The notes below the pieces were generated by a model that was given only the letters and a program-made list of their open reading frames with translations, was not told the origin of the DNA and made no database searches. 64,000 nucleotides of DNA from the human T2T-CHM13v2.0 reference genome, Homo sapiens. A program made the translations under genes and the position numbers. Location of the stretch: the NCBI RefSeq assembly GCF_009914755.1, contig NC_060947.1; one strand, written 5' to 3'. Position 1 is the stretch's first letter. The number at the start of each line of letters is the position of its first letter. Below are positions 51,986 to 64,000 of this stretch, piece by piece.

Positions 51986-53788
51986 AAGAATGAAAGAGGG
52001 AATATCACAACAGGCAACAGACCTTACATACATAAAAAGAATAAGAAATTATATGAAAAATTTGTAAATGAATTTTAAAACTTTTATGAAAAGGAGACAT
52101 TTCTTGAAATGCACAAACCATCAAAGCTCATGCAAGGAGAAATAGATAAATCTGATAGTTGTGAAACTATTTTAAAAGTTAAATTTATATTTAGAAACCT
52201 TCCAGAACATTTAACTGCAGACCCAGATGGCTTCACTGACAAATTTTACCCACTCTTTAAGGAAGAAATAGCATGTATTCTGCATAGTTTCTTTCAGCAA
52301 ATAAGAGAGGGAACCCTTTCCAACTCATTTAAGAGAAAAAAAAGATACCATTTTTGCATATCCAGATTAAAAAATTACAATTCAAATAATGCAAATGAAT
52401 AAACCTCATAAACATAGGTGCAAAAATCTTCAAAAAATAGGAAATCAAATTTAGCAAAATATAAAGAAAATGACACACCAAGTCAAAGTGGGATTTATCT
52501 TAGGCATAGAAGTCTAGTTCAATATTTGAGAATAAATCAATGCAATACACAATATCAACAAACTAAGTGTAAAAATTATATAATTATGTCAAATGATGTA
52601 GAAAAGAACATTTTAAAAAATTCAACATCTATTCATGCTAAAAATGCAACAAGCCAGGAATACAAGAAAACTTATTCAACGTCATTAAGGGCATTTACAA
52701 AAATTGTGCATCATACTTTATGTGGGAGGCTGAATGTTTTCTTGCTAAGATTCAGAACAAGGCAAAGTACTCCACTCCCATAATTTCTATTCAACCGAGT
52801 CCTGGAAGCCCTAGGTAGTGCAATAAAACACAAAAGAGAAGTGAAAGGCTTACATCTTGGAAAAAAAGAAGTAAAATTGTTCCTAATCAGCTCCTAAAAC
52901 TAACAGGTGCATTTAGAAAGAACACAAAATACAAGCTGAATGCATAAAAATCAATCTTATTTCTATGTAATAGAAACAAAAATTAGATATCCTAATCTAA
53001 AACACAGTATCATTTATGATTATGCCACGAAGTACTTTGGTATAAATATAAAAAAAGTGATTAATCTGTATTTATAAAACCATGAAATAAGTCAACTAGT
53101 ACCTAAATAAATAGATCTATATTCATGGAAGAAATACTCAATATAGTTAAGGTGTTGAACCCTCCGAAATTATCTACAAATTTACTAAAATCTCACAATT
53201 CTAGTGAAAGTTATTTTTAGATATAGAGAAACTGATTTTAAAACTTAGATGGATAGGCAAAGGAACTAGAATAGAATTGGAAAGAAAAGCAATTTGGAAA
53301 AACTAGTAAAAAGTTGGAAGACTCATAGTACCTGATTTAAGACATACCATTAAGGTACAGTAATCAAGATTGTGTTGTTTTGTAAAAAGATAGAAATGTG
53401 GATCAATAAGACAGGACAGAGAGTCAAGTAATAGGCCCACAAAAATATACTCGATTGGGTTTGACAAAGATGCAAAGGCAGCTTGATAAAACAAGAGAAT
53501 TCTTTGAAAACAATTTCTAGAATAATTGGACATCCATATGAAGAATATATTTAGACACATACCTTATACCTCATAAAAAGTATCTAAAAATTGATTGCAG
53601 ACTTAAAATCATAAAACTGTAAAAGTCATAGGATAAAACATAGAGAATATATTCTTATACTTGAGATAGAAAAATAGTTCTTAGATGTGACATAAACAAA
53701 TACAATTTATAAAACTAAACAATGGATGATTTGGACCTCATCAAAATGTAAAAGTTTTTCTCTGCAAAAGACATTGTTAAGAGAATTA

Positions 53789-56786
<2,998 letters not shown>

Positions 56787-58627
56787 AAGACAATGAAAAA
56801 AGCAAAGTACCGAATTAAAAAAAAATGGAAAATCACATAGCCTTCAAAAAACTTTTCAGAATATTTTCAAAACTCTCAATTCTCAGCAATAACAAAACCA
56901 GTGAGTCAATTTAAACATGGGCAAAATATATGAGCAGACGCTTAACCAAAAATAAATACACATGGCAAATAAATACATAAAAAGATACACAATGGCATTA
57001 GATTAAAAACATAATGAGATACCACTACATACCTATTAGAATTGGTGAAATTTACAAAAATAATTAACAATCACCAGTGCTAACAAACATGCAAAGTTAC
57101 AGGAATGTTTATACATTGGTGGGCAGAATATAAAAGGGTACAGTTCCTCTGATAAACAATTTCAAAATTTCATATATATTTGAAGATACACTTAGTGTAT
57201 AACCAAGCAATCCCACTTCTAGGTCTCTACCCTAGAAAATGAAAACTTACATCTATACAAATGTTTGTACATGAATGTTTGTAGCAGAATTTTTATAATT
57301 GCCCCAAATTAAAAACAATTTAAATACTGTGTACATAAATGTATATAACAATTTTATTCATAACTTCCAAAAACTGAAAATAAGTAAGAAATCCTTCAAC
57401 AATTTAATTCATGGACAAATTGTGGTACATCCACGCAATGGAATACTATGTAGTCACAAAAAGAATTAACTCTTAATACATTCCATGACATGGATAAATT
57501 ATGCACTACCATGAATAAAAGAAGCTTCTTTCAAAATATTACATAAGATTTCATTTCTTTAACATTCTGGAAAATATTTAAAAATATACATAGGAATGGA
57601 AAACAGAGTAGGGCTTATCAGATATTAGGGACAGAGGAAGGGTTTGACCTCAGAGGGATAGCATAAGCAGATTTTTTAGGGTGAATGAAATTATTCTGTG
57701 TCATTTTTGTCATTTGTCATTACACATATGCATGCAAGTACTAAAACTCATATAACTTTACATTGAAATTATACAATGTATTGCATATAAATGTTTGAAA
57801 AAATTTAAAAAACTAAGTGCAAAAGAAGCCACTGTGTATTGTATTCATTCTATTGATTTTGGCTGTCTAGGCAATTTGGGCAAATCATTCTAACTGTGAA
57901 CACCTAAAAATCTTAGACAGAATTTAAAAACTATCACTTAAAATAACTGGGGGAGGATATAACAAGGCAGTGAGAAACTACAGTGCCAAGATGTGAAAGC
58001 AGAAAAAAAATCAGAAAAGTGAAACAAGTTTTGGAGCCTATTTTTTCCCCTAAGAGAAATTGCTGAGTCTTAAGAGGCTGTGAAGAAGCTGGAAAGCTGA
58101 CCCATACTTCTCTAAAAATTTCACATTGATTTGGATTGGGATGCAAAAGAGCTCAACTGTAGGAGAAGAGTGAATAGAAATTTGATTAGATATTTATGTG
58201 ACTAAAGCTTATCTTTGACTCTTTTTTGATCCTTTTAATTATATTAGTCTGGTTTGCTAGTGTCCCTAGCCTCTTCCAATCAATTCTAATCAGTCATATG
58301 AAAACAGAAGATGACATGACAAAACATTAAGTGAAATAACAATTAATAGAAACAGTCACAGAGGGCATCCAAGTAACAGAATTATGAGAGAGAAACTTTA
58401 ATATAATTATGTTCAATATGCTCAAGGAAACTAAAAACAAATTTTAAATTTTAGCAAAGAACCAGAAAATATACAAATAAAAATAGTAAAACCAAAAATA
58501 ATTAAAAAGGTAAAAAGCTCAGTTGATTTGTTTTGAAAACAGATAAAGCTGAAAGAGTATACCTACCAGTTTAGAATCTAAATCCATATATTATAACCTA
58601 CAAGAATATCTTTAAAAAAGGATAATT

Positions 58628-58875
58628 GTATATTTTCACTTATAAGTGTGAGCTAAATATTGGGTACACACAGACATAAAATGAGAAAAATAGACACTGG
58701 GGGCAACTAGTGTGGGGAGAGAGGATGGGGGAAAGAGTTGAAAAACTACCTACTAGGTATTATGTTTACTACCTGGGTGACAGGATCAATTGTATCCCAA
58801 ACCTCAACATCACTGAATACACTGATGTAACAAACCTGCACATGTACCCCAAATTTAAAATAAAATATGAAAAAA
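58628..58875 (+). mobile_element. L1PA16/17-like 3'UTR fragment
   Basis: tcacttataagtgtgagctaaa...gttgaaaaactacctactagg...aacaaacctgcacatgtacccc. Confidence 0.85.
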
Positions 58876-59276
58876 TGCAAAGTAGGTTGCATATTAAAAT
58901 AAAGAGTAATAAATTTTATAAATTACAAACAGAAAATTCTTCATCCACAGATATGAATGAGAGGAAATGATAAAATATGTTTATGTTCATCAGGTAGAAG
59001 AAACATTATAATATGGTTTGGATCTGTGATTCTTATTCAGAATAAGAGAAAAATATCAATTAGCATTAACCTTTAAAAATCAAGTTTGAGTGTTAGTATT
59101 TTTAGAGTAAACATTATAATACGAGGAAAAAGTGTTTAACTATCAAGCTTTTAGAAGAAGAGTGGGATGATAGCAAAAAACATCATTCCAAAGGCAATAA
59201 ATAAGAAGCAAATGAACATAAGTCATGCAGTTAAAATTAAAAGCAAAGAGTAAAATGTTATATTTAAGTACCAATA

Positions 59277-59806
59277 CAGGAGGTCCCTCTTATCTGTGGT
59301 TATCCACTGTCAACTGCAATCCAAACATGTTAAATAGGAAATTCCAGAAATAAAGAGTTCATATGTTTTAAACTGTGTACCATTCTGAGTAACATGATGA
59401 AATTTTATGCCATCTCACTCTATCCCATCTGGGACCTGAATCATCCCTTTTTCTGGTATATCTACGGTTTAAGCTGTTTGTTACTTTGTAGACATCACCA
59501 TTTATCAAATTGAATATGGCAGTAATGCTATGCTTGTGTTTCCTTGAACAAAGCATACGGACCCTAAGAATAAGAGTAGTGATGCTGGTTGTTTGGATAT
59601 GACAAGGAGAAGCCATACAGTGCTTCCTTTAATGGAAAGATGAACATTCTCAAGTTAGTAAGAAAAAGAAAAGAAATCCTATGCTAAGTTTACTAAGATT
59701 TACATAAGGATAAATCTTCCATTTGTGTAATAGTAAAGATGAAAAAAGAAATTTATGCTAGTTCTTCTATTGCACCTCAAACTGGAAATATTACAACTAC
59801 AGCACA
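59277..59806 (+). mobile_element. Tigger7/MER44 DNA transposon 5' fragment
   Basis: TA followed by caggaggtccctcttatctgtgg (TIR-like), then aattccagaaataaa and aagagtagtgatgctgg...gcttcctttaa. The 3' end is missing. Confidence 0.82.
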
Positions 59807-61629
59807 ATAGTTTATTTTGTGTTTTAATATTAAGCATGTAATATCATTTTAAAAACATAGAAATCATACAGCATATGCTGTTTGATCACAGTACAATTAA
59901 ACTAGAAATCAGTAACAAAGTGACTGTGAATAAAAGCCCATATTTTTATATTACAAAAATAGTCTACTAAATAGCTCATTGATCAAAGAAGAAATGACAT
60001 AAAATTTTAAATATTTTAAACTGAATTTACTGAAAATACTAAGTACAGAAGTTGTAGAAGGCATCGAAGTTCATACATAGAGGATAATTTGTAGTATTAA
60101 CAGATATTATAATAAAAAGACTGAAATCAATGAGATAATACATTTCAAATAATAGACAAAAACAGCAAATTAAACCTAAGAAAGCAGAAGGGAGGAATCA
60201 TAAAGGTAATAATGGAAACTATTGCAATATAAAACAAGCACATAGAGATCATCCAACCCAAATTTTCCCTTTTTGAAAAGACTAAAGTTAATAAATTTCT
60301 CAACAAAGACAGAAAATATTTAATCAAGAGTGTCAGAAAAAAAGGTACATCATTAGAGATTCAACAGATATTTAAATATAAGAGAATATTATGAGAAATC
60401 TTCATGTTAATAAATTTGTAAATTAATTAAAAAATGAGAAATTCATAGAGAAATGCAGTTTATCAAATGTGACTTAACAAAAAGAAACTTGAATATTTCT
60501 ATATTTAATGAAGAAATTAAATATGTAAGTAAAATGCTTTCTACAAAAAAAATCTAGCTTCAGGTTGTTTGACCAGTGAATTCCATTAAGTATAAGAAGA
60601 GGGCATCAGATAAATATTACACAAAATTTTCCAGAAAACAGAAAAAAATAAAATATTTTCCAAATAGTTTTAGGAGGTCAGCATACTATTTTGTCCAGAG
60701 CATCACAAAACCATTATCATTGAATTAAAATACAGACAATACTCTCTCATACACATAGATGAAAAGAAGCCCTAAACAAATTGTTTGCATATGGATCAAT
60801 CAATATGAAACCTATTGCAATATTGGTAAAAATCTAGAAATTGCATGGCTGGCCTAATCTTTGTAATGTAATGTAACAAATCATTTAAAAATTAATAGGG
60901 AAAATTAAGCAATAATCTCAATAGATGTAAAAAATATTTGATAGCATTAAACATCAATTCATAAAAAATGCTTAGTGAACTAAGATGAAAAGGGAACTTT
61001 GTTAATGTAAGTGATGTTTACAAAAATTCTACAGCAACACCTCACAAAATGTTGATCTATTGTAAGCTTTCCGCTGACATTGAACAAGAATCACTCCTAC
61101 TACTTTACATCAATATTTTACTAGAGATCCTAGCCAGTGTAACAAGACTAAACAAAAAAATGAAAGTTAGGAACATTGTATCACAGTAACAAATCTATAA
61201 ATGTTAAAATATATCATGATTGAATATGGGGAAAAAAGAATCTTCAGGTAAATTATGAAAAGTAATGTGAGTACCAAAGTTGCTGAATATATCTATCTAT
61301 GCATTATTTCTATATATTAGTGGAAAGCATTTAGAAAAATGGATAAAGGATACTATTTCCAATAGAAATAAAAGCCATGAAATATCTAGAAATTACTAAA
61401 AGGGGTGTAATACTTTCACATTAAAAACTACAAAACATTTGAAAGGGATTTAAGAGCATATAAATAATGAATAGATGTATCATGTTCATTATTTGTAAAT
61501 GAGACAGTTAGGAGTGTCAGCTCTTTGGAAGTTAAGAAATAAGCTGGAGGAATTACCCAACAGATATGAAGACTTACAATAAACGTACATAAATTAATAT
61601 AAATACACCAGTTAAGAGAATAGAGTCCT

Positions 61630-61862
61630 GTATAGTGTGCTAGGAATGCCATAGAAAAAGACACGCTGTGTGGCTTCAACAATGGACATTTATTTTCTCA
61701 CAGTTCTGGGGGCTGGAAGTCCAAGATCAAGATGTCAGCAGTTTTTTTTTTTTTCCCCTGAGGCCTCTCTGGATTGCAGATGGCCTTTTTGCTGTGTTCT
61801 CACATGGCGTTTTCTCTGTGTGTGTGCACTGCTGATGTGTCTCCTACTTTTTATAAGGACAC
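61630..61862 (-). mobile_element. MLT1 (MLT1A0/B-like) LTR fragment
   Basis: atttattttctcacagttctgggggctggaagtccaagatcaagatg...ttataaggacac. Confidence 0.85.
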
Positions 61863-62056
61863 GGATACTTTATAATATCCTAAATGTCTATCATCAGGTG
61901 AATGGATAAATAAATTATAATATATCATAACAAGAACAATACTTAGCAATAAATGAAGAAATAAACTACTGATACATGCAAGAACACGGATGAATTTTAC
62001 AGCTGTAGTAATGAAAGAAACAAGCTAGACACCAAACAGTGCATACTGCATGATTC

Positions 62057-62903
62057 TGACACGAGAGTGCTGGGAAGGGAAGAGCATAGTCCCTTTAAAT
62101 GACACAGACGGCGGGAAGGGAAGTGCCAGGTAGAGAAAGGCAGGTCACTGCCTAGGGCTCCAGCCCCACGGACCTAGGTGAGGACAGGCATTTCCTGCCG
62201 AAATGTTGCATTTCCCAAGACCACCCTGGCCTGCCATGCCCCCATCCTGAGCCTATAAAAACCGGAGACTCTAGTGGGCAGACACAAGTGACCAGATGTT
62301 GAGAGGAGCACATCAGTGGAAGAAGACGCAAGTGGCTGGTAGTCAAGAGGACGTCAAGAGGAGCACTCTGGCAGAAGAGCGCTCTGACAGGCACCTGCTC
62401 GCCAGCAGGCAGGCCATTGACGGGTTGGACAAGGGTGAGTTTGGCCGGGGCAGTCGGAGGAGAGCCGGGGCCACCAAGTGGCCCAACTCCATGGGAAAAC
62501 CATCTTCTTTCTGGCTCCCCCATCAGCGGAGAGCTACTTCCACTCAATAAAACTTCGCACTAATTCTCCAAGCCCCTGTGTGATCCAATTATTCCGGTAC
62601 ACCAAGGCAAGAAACCTCAGGACACAGAAACCTTCTGTCCTTGTGATAAGGAAGGGGGTCTAATTCAGCTGGTTAACACAAGCTACCCATAGATGGCAAA
62701 CTAAAACAGCAACCTCTAACACACGCCCACTGGGGCTTCAGGAACTGTAAACATTCACCCCTAGACACTGCTGTGGGGTTGGAACCCCACGGCCTGCCCA
62801 TCTGTGTGCTCCCCTAGAGGTTTGAAAAGCAGGGTACTGAAGAAGCAAGCCACACCCCCATTGCACACCCTGCGTGGAGGACAAGGGAACCTTTCCCATT
62901 TCA
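62057..62903 (+). mobile_element. Solo LTR1-family LTR (ERV1/HUERS-P2)
   Basis: TGACAC...CCCATTTCA termini and a perfect 4-bp TSD attc (62053-62056 / 62904-62907). cctataaaa at ~62252 and aataaa at 62546. Confidence 0.9.
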
Positions 62904-63264
62904 ATTCCATGTATATTTATTTCAGAAATAGATGAAGCACTCCTTGTTGAAAACAATCAAAATCTTGCTTCTGAGAAAGACGTATTTACTCACCTTGGAT
63001 ACAGGAATTTTCTTGTTTCATAATATGAACATTTAATTTCAGTGATATATAGAGTGTTGAGTTTATTTGTATTTGATATATTTGTATTTAGTGTATTGTA
63101 TTTGGTATATACATTTGTCAAGACTTAACTGTACATTTAAATTTATGCATTTTGTTGTATGAAAATTATACTTTAGTAAAATACTTATAAATATTATCAG
63201 AAAAAAAGACTTGTGAGTAATCAACTGGATTTGCCTAGATATTTCACTTTTTAAAACAAATAAT

Positions 63265-63505
63265 AATCATAATTTTAATTTCTTAGTGTATTTTTATGTA
63301 TCAGAGAGTGTTTACTTCACATATATAAATTAATTTGATCCTCATATCTAACCTATGAAATAAATATTAGTATCAACATTTTACATATTAGAAAACTAAG
63401 GCACAACTTTAAGTAACTTTTTCAAAGTTGCATAACAAGTGAGTGAAAGAGCTGAGATTCAAATCCAGGCAGACTGGCTCCAAAGTCCATGTTCTTAATA
63501 ATTGT
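63265..63505 (-). mobile_element. MIR
   Basis: attttacatattagaaaactaaggcac...gagctgagattcaaatccaggcagactggctccaaagtccatgttcttaa. Confidence 0.85.
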
Positions 63506-64000
63506 CTTAAAATTAGTTACTTTAAGCAGAACTATCATACATAATATGAACATTTAAAGCTTCCTACTTATGTAATTACATTTTAAAAGCAATCATACTA
63601 TATCTGCTGGCTTTATAAAGTATTAACTTTGCCATATACTACAACTATTTCAACAAAAATTTTTGGCATCAACATTACAAAGACACAGTCAGCTCCAATT
63701 TGGAGGTACAGTCATACTATTTCTTTCAACAAAATGATTTCTTTTTAACATTTTAAATAAAATTAAATCCAATGAAGACAGATGCCAAAAAAAAAGACTT
63801 CTATGCATCAAGATAATAGCAAAGTTCATCAATAAAACAATCTGCAAATCTCCCATTGAAGGGGCAAATAGCTTAAGTAGTCATTGCATAAACTCCTTAT
63901 GCTTATATCAATTACAAATGTTAACTAATGTTATCAATACGAATGTAAATTTTTTCTTCTATTGGTCTGTTAATAATTTTACTGAAAACAAAATTAGACA

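Larger units (their letters stand above)
57880..63180 (+). mobile_element. Second ancient L1M (L1ME-like), fragmented
   Basis: ORF1-like at 58300-58620, ORF2-like at 59830-61500, and a 3' end at 61870-62056 that resumes at 62904 (tactgcatgattc|catgtatat). Confidence 0.55.

Noticed and set aside
57267-57385. Degenerate ~63-bp tandem duplication in the old L1M 3' region
   Set aside because: It is an ancient, heavily diverged local duplication with no sign of function.

Overview
This is AT-rich, CpG-poor primate (catarrhine, probably human) genomic DNA made almost entirely of decayed and nested transposable elements. It holds four near-full-length LINE-1s (L1PA16-like, L1PREC2-like, two L1MA2-like), an ancient L1M carrying several layers of younger insertions, and about eight Alus. 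It also holds two complete THE1 (MaLR) elements, solo LTRs (LTR5A/HML-2, LTR22/HML-5, LTR1, MER31/67-like), an HSMAR2 mariner, a Tigger7/MER44 fragment and MIR/L2 relics. I find no intact protein-coding gene, structural RNA or CRISPR array; the ORF track is repeat-derived or chance. I see no new multi-gene system. The most unusual signals are mechanistic scars: two exact, inverted, locally templated insertions (27 and 29 bp) about 600 bp apart, an L1 3' transduction, a tRNA-Met PBS-like relic inside a solo LTR22, a twin-primed L1 inversion and several large internal deletions. A speculative pair of terminal exons sits at the window start. Subfamily names come from recalled consensus sequences, not from a RepeatMasker run.
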